From positions 7,998,001 through 8,062,000 of the forward strand of contig NC_134031.1 in NCBI RefSeq assembly GCF_964204645.1: DNA of 64,000 bases. The letters are read 5' to 3'. The translations under genes and the position numbers were made by a program. Within the stretch, counting starts at the first letter, position 1, and the number at the start of each line of letters is the position of its first letter. The notes under the pieces are model-generated. The model did not search any database, had not been told where the DNA came from, and worked only from the letters and a program-made list of their open reading frames with translations. This DNA is from Tubulanus polymorphus. Lineage: Eukaryota > Animalia > Nemertea. Positions 52,183-64,000 of the stretch are shown here, one piece after another.

Positions 52183-53177
52183 CCCTTTCAATACCACATA
52201 GTGTCTCCACTGCTGTACCGGAGGGAATTTCTGGGTTTATAGGGTTATATTTGAAACTTCATAGGATAGTTACCAAGGTATCTGACACAGAAAATTTATA
52301 TAGCATGTTGTTGATAACTTTTGGGCCAACAATTTAGACATAAATAATTTGGATATAAGTGAACTTGAGGTCAAGGTCACATACTCCAAGATGGCCGCCA
52401 TGAAAAAAATTCACGAAAAAGTTTCAGATAAACTGCTCTGTCTCCCAGAAAAATGCACTGATCTATTCAATTCCAACTGAAATTGTATGCCATATATCCT
52501 TACTTTATGTAGTAAAAATTTCAAAGCAATAGAACAACTAGAAAAATGTATTTTTCCACTCATTTACCAACTTCTTCACCGATATGTCGGAAGGCCGGAT
52601 GTAAGGGGTTTCATTGGGGTATAATTTCAGGCCTCAGAAAATTTTTACCTTTGTATTTGACACTGATACATTGTATACCATGGTGTTGATAACCATTGGG
52701 CTTACAAATAAGACAAATTATTTGAATATATGTGACCTTGAAGATGGACAGTTTCTGGTTCTTCATTATTGTTATTGGTGTCCGTTGCCATGAAAACCAT
52801 ATCAACAGGGTCTAAAAAAATTGTAACTGATTTCATTTTCATCATCAAAATCATTGCTGGCACTATAAACCTACTTTCTGACTAAGTCACATCATCTGAA
52901 CTGCTGCTGTCATATTCGTTGTCACTCTCAATTTGTTCACTACCAAATTCCAAGTCACTGTCAGCATCATATAGGAGCTGCTGAACCGTTTCATCCAGCC
53001 AAATTGTTTTTTTCATGGCTGTTACCATCTTGGATTTTATGCAGATGGCAGCACCGGCTGATACTGATAGATATGCCCTTCTAGAAGAAGGGTTAAGTGA
53101 TACCGTATCACATACAGTACGGGTATGCTAGCTTGTCAATTTGTACCGTATGCCATACGGTAGTGGGATTGAAAGGG
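52183..53177 (-). mobile_element. Internally deleted piggyBac-like element
   Basis: TTAA TSDs at 52179-52182 and 53178-53181. TIR CCCTTTCAAT(A/C)CCAC. Acidic transposase-like N-terminal remnant (LLYDADSDLEFGSEQIESDNEYDSSSSDD) on the minus strand. Confidence 0.8.
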
Positions 53178-53480
53178 TTAAGCATGCCCATATGCAAGGA
53201 TAAAAGATAATGACATAAGGACTAAGTCAAAGTACAAGTCTAAAGTGGTTATCAATGACAGGTTTTAATGACTTCCCATCAGAGTTTTCACCATATTACG
53301 TCAATGTGATAGGAATAGGCCTCGTATTCAAGTCTATATTCTTAATTCATATGGCCAGACGCAGAACAGCCACATCAATCAAACTATTGATATATATACA
53401 TGTATAATCCTTTTCTGATCTATTTCAAGTTTCTATGCCAGAAAATGTAGGAGAAAGATGCAGCTGTAGCAGTTACCATG

Positions 53481-53590
53481 ACCCAGTTCCACAGTGGTGA
53501 GTTAGAGTTAACTCTTGAGTTTAAGTTAGTTCATTTTCAATGTTTTAACCCAGGGTAAAATCTTAACGCAGAACTGTGGAACTGGACCCA
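53481..53590. mobile_element. Short MITE (related copy at ~50163-50260)
   Basis: TIR CCAGTTCCACAGT...ACTGTGGAACTGG, with a shared core TTCATTT(T/C)CAATG. Confidence 0.55.
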
Positions 53591-54872
53591 GTACATTACC
53601 TGTAAAGCGTTCACCCAGAAAATGTAAAAATCAGGGTTCCACAGAATATAAGATAATGTCGTGTGATATATGTATAAAGTGGAGTTAGTTTGATTTCGCT
53701 AGAAAATTTGCAACATCCGCAAAACAGCAGCAGCGATGCCTGCATATGATTTTCTTTGGGGGCAAATTGTCACCCTAGAAATGTTTACCATTTATTATCC
53801 AAATAGAGACGGGCTGGAGCCAGTTTCACAAAGATAGATAGCCATTTAAAAACTTCCCCAAATAACTGAATTCCATCTACAGATGAACCTATAGACAAAA
53901 AGTAAATGCCATCAGGGGTGGGCTAAAAGGCGTCACACAAGCCTTTGGTTTAGTCAAAACAATAACATAGATCCATATGGTAAGGAACTGTTGGTACAAA
54001 ATTGGTAACTTAGTGCAATCATACTAAATTGAAAACCTCAAAGTCACTAAAAATTGTTGCTGTGTGTAAATGGCCCCAAGTTTTTTTTTTCATTTTTAGG
54101 CCTCATCAAAGCATCTTCAAAACTTCCCAAACAAATGGATTACACCGAATGAACAAATTAATGGAGGAAAAGCAAACACAATAGACACGGGGCTACGCTA
54201 GAAGCAAGTAGGCTATGGATTGAATGCACATGAAATGAATTCAATCATGAATTTAATCAATTATTTACTTTCATTAAGGTATGAGAATGGATCTAATACG
54301 TGGGCACATATATAATAGATAGACAACCCTTAGTGTATGAAAATATCACATCTACAAAAACGAGGTGCAAAAACTAGAGGTAGATACTGACAAAAGAATA
54401 ACCGCGATAAATGTACATCATTTACTGGCATGATGATTGATCCTATTCAGATCTAATATTAAAGTATAAGTTAGACGAGTCTACCCAAGAATCTGAGTAT
54501 ATAATCTAATGGTCCTCAAGTCATTGAATCATTAAGCATGTTGACACCAATAATGGTCGAAAAACCATGAAACGCCAAAGCAGATACATGTTGAAGTCAG
54601 TACAGCTAAGCCTGCTTTCCGTTCGTCAGATTTTGACTATGTTGAATGATAACTAATTGACCCATCATTCATTCCATTTCAATAAAGCCCATGAATATTT
54701 ACACTTAAGTGGTAAAAAAAGTAGGTTTTCGATATTTTGGATCATGGTCCAAATGTTCAGTATCCATTCATTTGTTTGAACGATTGTATTAGATAAATTC
54801 TAGTCTGATGGTTTGATTTGGGTGAGATTTCTAGCTGCTCTAGATAAACTTATCAACTGTCAGCATATCATA

Positions 54873-55541
54873 AGGCGCGTTCACACGACGAAATCTAGAC
54901 CGGTCTAAATTTGGTCTGGTCCAATTTAGACCGGACCAAGCGTCACACAGGCAAAAATACCGTTCCATATTAGACCAGTCTAGTTTAGACCGGTATAATT
55001 TGGCACGGTCTAAAAGAGCGAACCAGGTCCGGACCAAATTTTGGACCATTCTAAAACAATGTGTGTGGACAGAAACTGGTACCAGGTCCGGTCTAAATCG
55101 TAATTCTGAATCTCTGGGGTAGTAGTCGGTTTTTTCCTCCCTATACCATGGAAATGTTTGGAGCGTAACAAATATGTATGTTTGTATGTCGCGATCATCA
55201 TCCGTTTTACTTCCATGTTTTGATTCGTGTTTAAACGACACTAAGAGTTCCAGCGTGAAAGAATAAAATCGAATTCGCAAAAATGTCTAAACCAGACAGA
55301 GGATCGGATTGGTCAAATGAAGAATGTCTTGCTCTACTTGGAATCTAGAAGCAAGACTTCATCCAGGCCCAGTTAATTATTTAGCAGATGGCGACATCTT
55401 GCCCCCGCTACAAGCAATTTCATCAACGCGTGTCAAAACACTGTGTGAACGCTAACCAAAATTTGGTCCGGTCTAAATTTGGACCGGACCATGTACGGAC
55501 CGATTTAGACTGGTCTAACTAGTTGTCGTGTGAACGCGGCT
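54873..55541. mobile_element. PIF/Harbinger-like MITE
   Basis: TIR GCGTTCACACGAC...GTCGTGTGAACGC, with many internal TAGACCGGTCTA/GGTCCGGACC palindromes. Confidence 0.75.
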
Positions 55542-56963
55542 ATTGATCACTCGCGGATTCTCCGGCCATACAGTCATTGTGTATTTGTTTAAATGACAAT
55601 AACCCTTTGAAAACTTCACCTATTCATAGAATTTCATATTATCACATATCATTGTTTCCAATCAGATCCAACACAAGCAAACTTTACCGTAGCTGTAAAC
55701 GTGGATAAAATATTCGGGATCCTGTCCTATTTTGGAATAAAATAAGGTAAATGTTCATTTAGCCTGAGGCTTAGTACGTGGCCACAGGACATGATTGCAT
55801 CCACTCCGATACAGATTATACTTCATAATATGCACAGTTTAGGAACATAATTTACTAATCATATAAATGTGTAATAACCAAATGCTTCATATTATTTACA
55901 ATCAAATTTACAGCTTAAACATTTAGGTGCTTGAAGTTTAACCAATGCCGAACTCCCGATTCTGCATGACGAAAAATGCCAGCTGGACTCATATCAGAAC
56001 TGACTATGAACAATGTGTTCAGTTGATAGCTCACAGTTTTCCTAGGTGGCATTTCACCATGTTCTCTCATGCTGAAGAGCATGTCACACCTTGATGATTT
56101 ATCTAGCATATGATTTATCTAGAAAAATTTGACAAATACACTACAGGTAAGTCACTAAGAGTTACGGGTTAGTTTAGTCTAAGTAAAAGAGCATGATGAA
56201 GTATGCTGGTAGTAGTACAGCAAGGCAGTTGAAAAATTGTGTGCATACACAAAATTTTGTTAAGAAATTAACAAGTGGCTCAGAAAATTTTGATACGCTC
56301 GCTAAATCGTTAAGGTGTGACAGTTCCTATGTTCTCTTCATAGAAAAGTAACTATTTTCATATCATGCCTCAATGACAAACAATTTTCAAATAATAATGT
56401 ATGAAGTCAGCTCAGCTAATTGGTCACACCCTCACACTAGGTAAGGCGTTTCCTCATGAGGGCATTATCAAACATGTTGATTATTTAACTCTCAAGTCTC
56501 ACAAGGTAAATTCTTTTCCTCAAACAATAGCAAGTGTGCTGCTGCTTTAGCTAAAACAGATTATTGTATCCATTAAGACACATTTCTCCTTCGAAGTCCA
56601 ATTTTCTGAAAGATGGCAGTTGTGCACGAGTCCTTTTTATAAAGCTCATAGGTCAGGGAAATGCTATCCCAAAGTTTGGCTTATTGCGATTGTGTGTAAA
56701 GCAAAATATGGAATTCACTTAAATCATAAACCCTGGCTACGAAATGAACGTGGTACACACCTTTTTCTTCAAGCATTTGAATATTTCAAATAATATTGAT
56801 ACGTCTTGAGCTACCTGCACCATATTAAAAAATGTTTGGTGCTTGAAAAAAATATAAATTAGCATGCTGTTTTAAGAGTGACCAACATTTACTCAGATGC
56901 AGTCTTAATATCAGGAGTTATTTTAAGCAAGCCACATGCCTGTACGCTGACACACATGATCGA

Positions 56964-59900
56964 CTATTGCTGCTTGGCTACAGTTAAATCTGCCATCATC
57001 GACGAAAAGTCCGAGAGTCTCTGATAATCTTCATCATCGTCATCGTCATCATCATCATCGTCGTCATCACGACTGTTTTCCTGCTTGTGTTCACGGTACG
57101 ATGGGTTACTCGCATTACGCGGAAGTTTCAACGTGCACGGAAGCATTTCTCTCATTACTGTATGATGCGTGACTAGCGCCGTCAAACTAGGCCATTCTTT
57201 ATCCAAACCCTGAAATCATTGAATTAAAACTCCACCATCACTTTTTGATAATCTCATCAAAAGCATTTGTTTTCTGATAAAAAGTATATTCTATGAATAC
57301 AAATGTAGACGGTATTTATAATTTCTGTCCATTCGACAGAATACGCTATTATTTTGGTAATTGTTAATATCTATCTTATATCCATTTGGCATCATAATAA
57401 TGATTTTTTCTTCAAGTAAAGAATTTTCTTCAATAAAATACAATGCTTTTGCTGTTAGTTCAGCTTAATGACATACATCACGAGTCCTGTCATGGATCCT
57501 CGCTTGCCACAGTTTGATTGCCTCCTGCCAAAGCTAAGCGGCCACCATGTATTAAGCCATCAAATGCTTTGTTTTTTAACCAGCAGATTCGCAACGCTAC
57601 AATCTGATTGGCTAGATACATAGACTGGTGGCCGCTTAGTGGCAACCTGTCCACCCAAGAAATCTTGGGCAATGAAGGGTTTGCAGCGAGGGTTTATTGT
57701 ATGCATGAGCTTTGGTGGGAGGCAATCAAACCCTGGAAAGTGAAAATGGAATTTCGCAGTGATATCAAGCATTCGTAATAAATAACGAGTCGATGCAAAA
57801 CCATACAATGTACAAAACTAATATTCTTATTTCATACAAACTAACTTGCACTTTTTTTCCCATCATTTCACATACCTTAAGTCTGTATCCTCCTTTAGAA
57901 GTTTGTGTGATAAGATAATGAGAAATACCAGACGGATTCTCAAACTTCGGCACTTTAACTGACAGTGCATAGCAGTTGGGATGCGTAGTACTGTCACGCA
58001 CAATGAATGAACCAACATCTTCTTGTGATAATATCTCTAATGCAATCTCTCTGTTGCAAAAAATTCAAAAATTAACTCATTATTCATCGAAGTCTCGACA
58101 GTCAAGGGCTTTTGACCAATAGTCCGAGCTGCATGATACAAAGTTATACATTATCATCAGTTGTAACTAATAAGAGATACATATAAATACCAAGTATCAT
58201 AAAAATTCTAAAAATGTGCTGATTTTGCTGAACAACAATGGCTACAAACAAGTCAGCTGTCTTGATTCTGTTGTAACGATTTTTGGGCTGCAAGATACAG
58301 CTAGAGTAGATACATGAACCATATATCAAGAACATAAATCAAAGCATATCAGAAACTCCCGAAGAAAACTAGATCTTGCCTACAGGCGGATGGAGAGATG
58401 AAAGACGAAAAGTGAATGAACTAGCTCTCTGGGACTAAAGCCCAAGTGAGCTAAGAATCAGTTTTATTCATCAATCTAGTTTAAATCTGGAGATAAGTAG
58501 AGTTAGGTTTTGGCACTCGTGCTGATGCAAACGATTGATGGCGTCATCGAACAAGTGAGAAAATTAAATTCACAATCCTATAATAACTCCTATCGAATAG
58601 ATTAAAGTGGATCAAATCCCTGAAACCTGTCCTAATAAAGAATAAAAATGAAAATTATTTTCAAAGAAATGATGGTGCCCTAGGGAAAAAATGTCTAAAG
58701 TGTAAGAAATACATGATAAGGGCGCTAAGTGGTAAGCGAAAGGCTTAATTGATTGAACCGAAGAATGATCTGGGCCATTTAGTAGTGTATAAATTCATAA
58801 AACTTACACCAGACATAATAGAAATGTCATCTCAGTAAGTAGTGTTGGTGCATTCAATGTCATTTATCAATATAAGCTGCGTTCACTCTAGGATTTCAGT
58901 ACGGTACTAAGCATTCACACTTAGAAATTATTCGAGGCCTATTCGCGGCTTATTCAGTTCCGTACTGAAATACGCCCCTCTCTAATTAGGCACAGGCCTT
59001 ATTTGGCTCGAGTCTTATCCGTGCCTATCATCTCCATGATATCATGGCTAACAAGTAGTTCAAGACAATATCCTCCCTCTTTCATTTGGGCCATCATGAT
59101 GTCAACTGATTTATTAAACAACAGTGTATATCTAACAACAGCTTACTTCATTTAATCGCATACAATATCTATCATTTCTAAATTGGCATCATTAAGAAGT
59201 GAAATAGACTGGGAAGAATGTTTCATGAATATTTAGGATTGTTACGTACTGCTGTATTTCTATAAGCCCTAAAACAGAACAGCAACAGAATCTCAGGTTG
59301 TGTGATCAGTCTCTGCAGCAGACACCTCATATGTACATCTGCTCACTTCACTAAACCACTCTACTGAACCGCACAAACAGTAAAACACAGCGCTGATTCA
59401 CAGTACCAAGTCAGAGCAATGTCTTCTTTACATTAAATGTTTATTTCAGTGTGTTACCAAAGTAATTTGGTAAAATTACGATGGCAAATGCTTGTTTAGC
59501 AGGAGAGTGAAGTTAAATCTGCCAATGAGTTTTTATCTACCATTGAGTGTACACAGAGCAGTACCTGCTTTGAAAATATTTTGTACATACATCGAGTACT
59601 GCTTTCAAGAATTGACCAAATTAATTGGACAGATAAAGGAAATAAGGCAGATGAATGAGAGAAAAAGAGTTTAAGTGACAATCTGCATCTCACAGATCTA
59701 CCACTGATTGCTCTATACTTAGATGTCATTAGCGCTGATGGACGGGAATTGACCTAAGCGCTTAACAGTGAAATGACGCAAATAAAGAGGCTGCCTATGA
59801 TAATGGATAAAGGCTAAATCAACTCCAATAAAATTGTAATATTTCAAACTGTATCATCAATTTGTTTTGACTAGATTATGCATATTACGAGTCAATTAAG

Positions 59901-61271
59901 CCAGACCATGACGTGCTATGTGTCTGAAAGTGTATCAAACAAAAAAAGGGTTAAGGTCAAATTCAAGTGTCCTTGACCTGATTTTGGTAGAGGTCAATAA
60001 TCAGGGAATTCTTGTAAAATCCATTTCTACATTCATTACACTAGACACCTGGTCAGCTATGAGAATCCATGACAGATATATTTACCTTGGAATTCCTGCT
60101 TGATACCAGGAACATTGATGCAAATTTTGGTCATCTAAATTTGTAGGGCTATCATATCTATTCAGGGAATCAAACCTACAAGAAAAAATGAAATGAATTC
60201 ATTATCATCATATCTATTTTCTGTAGCATAGCTATCGAAGAGGCTAACTAAAATATTACCATGTAACCCTTTCATAATCATTATTTACTATGTAACACTA
60301 TGTACATCGTAATTCTGGAAAATCTAGGTGCCTGTTGCAATCGAATCCTGGATATATTTTTATTAGCATCAAATCCAAATAACATGACAATTTCATTTAT
60401 TTTTGGAGTGAACAAGCTGCAAGTCCTAGCAAGTTATCTTTTTATAATACAATTAAACAGTCTCACCAGCTAGAAAACTATTTATCGATTGTAAAGAATT
60501 TTAGTATTAGAAGTGCAATTGCCAAACTCTGTACCTCATCTCACCGAGTGATGATAGAAAAAGGCAGACACCAGGGTTGAGTAGAGAAAACAGGATTTGT
60601 GATACGTGTAACTGAGTAGAAGATGGGCTGCACTTCATCTTAACGTGTAGCAAATTCAATAATCTCAGGAAGAAATTTAATTTGGTTAATGTTGGTGTAA
60701 ATGAAATAAATATAATCTTTAATGATATAGGTTTTCAATCGGAATTGGTAAATTTGGGGAAGTATATTCAATCAGAATTTGAATACTATATTCAATTTGA
60801 TGCTTGAAGTTATATTTTTACTGTACGGTACTTGCTTGTCTCATGTACTTTTTCTTGTAAACATTTTTGTAATTCTGGTATTGTATATTATGTATATACT
60901 GTTTTCTTTTTCTAATGTTTCGGTGTTCATTGACGTTCATGTCATTTGATTATGATGAATAAAATAACTTGTAACTTGTAACTACATCGTTTATAGCCCA
61001 TTACAATGCCTCGATAAATGTTATACTGAAAAATTATGACGTCCGAGAATTTCTAGTTTTCACCGCTTTAAGGTACACGTACGTTCAGCTAAAAAATCTT
61101 GAAAATGAGTGCCTTCATCCAACCAAAACCACTAAGATCAAGTGTCATTCCGCTTAAAACTATTCATTCAGGAATTGATTTGGTTTCAGGCGATGGTTCA
61201 TTGATAGAGAATGAAAACAATGTAACCTCACCCCTCACTACGATCTCTTATTTTTCATACCTTGATGGCAT
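56964..61271 (-). CDS. SH2-domain adaptor (EGFR-adapter-protein/tensin-like SH2); firm exons 60175-60086, 58050-57876, 57209-56964; tentative start exon 61271-61261
   Basis: Spliced SWYQAGIPREIALEILSQEDVGSFIVRDSTTHPNCYALSVKVPKFENPSGISHYLITQTSKGGYRLKGLDKEWPSLTALVTHHTVMREMLPCTLKLP, with the FLVRES-type motif FIVRDS, then a poly-Asp tail. The 5' exon is inferred. Confidence 0.85.
60290..60985 (+). mobile_element. LINE (L2/Crack/Daphne-like) 3' fragment in an SH2-gene intron
   Basis: RSAIAKLCTSSHRVMIEKGRH...RENRICDTCN*VEDGLHFILTCSKFNNLRKKF, then AATAAA and a (TAACTTG)n tail. Confidence 0.75.
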
Positions 61272-62932
61272 TTTTTTAGGGAATGGTGAATCTTTTAGGT
61301 TATTTGGGGCAGGGGATCACGCCCATCTAATCCACCGATTTCCCATTGATTTAATGAGCACGTATTTTTCACTTAAATATATTCTGTTTTGAGGTATTTT
61401 TCTAGCCCGCGTTGTCAGGACGACAAATTTACTCGATGCTGTCGGACATGCTTAGAATTCGCCCAGCGCATTCGTGTATGCATACGTGCATTTGTGCCAG
61501 CAAATCATGAAAATAATCATTGAAGAAACCTTCATGTCGCGTAATCTAATAATCTTGATGCGTACTGATTGCGATTTGCTTTTAACCCTTTCCTGAAGAA
61601 TTACTCGGCTACTGTGATACTAGTGTTTTAACTCAGAACCCTTAAAACCTGTGTATAATCTCTTCTACAATAAAGGCATCAAATAACTGTGTAAAGATTT
61701 CAGGAAATATCTTTAGTTTCATAATAGTTCAATGTTGATGTTTTCACATTGAATAGGTTTAACATCAGTTAAATCATTTTTGTAAAACCTAGACCCAAGT
61801 TTAGAAAGCCTTAATGAACCCTCTTTCCTTCCTAACTTACTCAATGGTGAATGAAAAATTCAAAACCACTATCACTATCAGAAACCACTATCAGTTTACA
61901 GGATTGGGTGAACTGAATCTTACAACACGGATTTAGAATTGCCACATTGGGATGGTTAAAAACAATCTGCAAAACAAATCGAGCACATTTGTAGCTCGAG
62001 GCTTATGGTGAATGAAATTGGCTCTTCAAGATGTGTTCCCGAGGACCAATAAATTCCATACGCACTGCATTCTTCTGACCTGTCAGAGCGTAGAGAGTTG
62101 AATATTTCATTCAATATTTTTCATGAAATGTGCATGAGTTACAGCTAAGTAAAAGTTGAAAATAACTAACTAGCATTACCGATATTCTTTGTTTTTAACA
62201 CGGAAATAAAGTACTGTTCCAGATTTCATTTGCATGTGCCACAGGATCATACCGATCTCCCTGAAATTGTATTGCCTATAAACGATCTCCCTGAAATTGT
62301 TTTGCCTATAAATCAGATAATGGCCGATTAGAGATTGAGTGAATGCCAGATTGAGAATCAGCAGTAGCAATTCAACTGTCAAAGCTCAACAGATTTGATT
62401 GACAGAGATCAGCTGTTAAGTGCAAGACTATGACTATTCAGATGACTTGTTCACATTCCACTAGAAAACTATCCAAACCTCGTTAGCCGAAGTGAAAACT
62501 TCAAAAACCTTGCTCAGGTTATAGCACGTTCAGATCTGAGAAGTTATCGCGAATGTAATAGCGGTTAAATATGTTGCTTATTGCAATAAGTCAGTGCATA
62601 TTGCCAACCAGGGCTTCACTCATTGCCCCGTTTCCAAATTCTCAAAAAGCATGAATCACCGGATGTCACATGGCCAGAAAATGTTGATGGCAGGTAATGA
62701 ACGGGTCAAAGAAAATTATTGATAAATCCAACAAAATGCACATTACAGTACGTAAACCCTTGCATTTCAAAACTGATGACCGTCCACTTTATATTCTACT
62801 AGTGACATCAAATATAACTGTGACAAATATAACTAGAGCTCTGCCAGCAATACCTCTTTGGCGATGAAAATGTTCGACAAAAATAGATGGCAAATGGATA
62901 GCGAAAATAATAAGAAGAAAATTAATTTTAAT

Positions 62933-63880
62933 AAATTATTTGAAGCCTGCGAAAAATTTTTAGAATTTTTGGGATAAGCTAATGTTGAATTGCCAATTTG
63001 AAATCGAAGTTTTACGAAATTTGAGGAATTATGAGATTTGGCGATTGCGTAGGTGATACAGGTTTTCGACTGTAGTAGTGGTTTAATTTTACTATTGAAA
63101 ATTGTTATCAATTGATTACTTGCGACCGAATTCATTCACTTTGGCCTGAAAGCTGGCAACTTCATTGCCTCCATGGTTGAGGAAAGAGCTCTTCTGATGT
63201 CTGCTTTATCATGACTTTTGAGCATATCGTGTGACCTAGCCAGCCGGCCCGGTCCGGCCGGTTTGGTTGTCACTCGATATCCTCTTGAGTCTGGGTTGAA
63301 GTTGACAGTCATTTAAAATAACTTGTTTATGTTATTCTGTATGAATTACGCATGAAATTTGTAACTTTATTGAATTTGGGAATTTTATCCCGGAATTTTA
63401 TATATAATAAGGATCAATAAAGAATTGAATTGAATTGTCACCTAATACACATGCCAGCCATCAGAGGAAGCGGAGCCGTATATGATAGCTATGTTATTAT
63501 AAATTGCTAATCTCATGAAACCTGCATACCCCTAATATCGAACATATTTTCTAAAACATTTGAATATTGAAATTATATGTTTACATATTTTTATATTGAC
63601 CCCTTGTAGCCGCCGATGAAATTCACGCCAGCCCCACTCAGATCGTAGATAGCTTCGTCATTCCACTAGCATCCCCATGTCAGGGTCTTACTTTTATATC
63701 AGGCTTCCAAATCGTGAATACATCCGCCATTTTGACCGAATCATCCGATATTTACTTATCATTTCTATTTATGCCTGCCGCTTCTGATTTAATCACACAT
63801 CCTTCACTATTACAATACGTCTTCTAATGATATTCAATGCAATATAACATTTCGACGTTCAAATAGAGCTCATAATCACA
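62933..63880 (+). repeat. Diverged third copy of the ~1-kb segment upstream of B1 (18492-19490) and B2 (23381-24380)
   Basis: Collinear similarity from AAATTATTTGA through GGATCAATAAAGAATTG to TACAATACGTCTTCTAATGATATTCAATGC. Confidence 0.85.
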
Positions 63881-64000
63881 TTTGCAATGATAACCAAAGT
63901 CAATAGGGATCGATAGCTGCATTTAGACATCTTTCATCTTTTATCTGTCACTCAGTGATTTAATATTGTTTGTAATAAGCTTTGTCTTATTTCATATAAA

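Noticed and set aside
54840-55280. 146-aa ORF
   Set aside because: It is derived from the palindromic Harbinger-like MITE.

Overview
AT-rich, intron-containing animal genomic DNA, probably from a marine invertebrate. The host taxon cannot be fixed from the sequence. Most ORFs in the supplied track are spurious, and the real genes are spliced. (1) 0.1-1.6 kb: 3' end of a type I membrane protein with an F-type-lectin-like domain split by a Ser/Thr-rich insert. (2) 7.5-26.7 kb: a recently amplified, partly inverted cluster of small secreted-peptide genes, with four 'A' genes, two 'B' genes and one B pseudo-exon. Each intact gene encodes signal peptide + short pro-segment + KR + a 38-aa six-Cys peptide. 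These resemble sea-anemone beta-defensin-fold toxins (ATX-II/BDS/APETx) but have a rearranged CxC-CC-CC framework. (3) 27.3-28.0 kb: a second, unrelated secreted 8-Cys CxxxC-ladder peptide gene that the ORF track misses. (4) 32.6-40.1 kb (minus): an 11-exon, 519-aa ionotropic glutamate receptor-family gene with no amino-terminal domain and a non-canonical gate and pore tip. (5) 57.0-61.3 kb (minus): an EGFRAP/tensin-like SH2 adaptor. Many transposon relics are interspersed: IS3EU-like, Harbinger-like and piggyBac-like MITEs, a Merlin transposase fragment, a Helentron-type element carrying four CTCF-like motifs, and LINE and SINE fragments. All family assignments come from remembered motifs, not from database searches.
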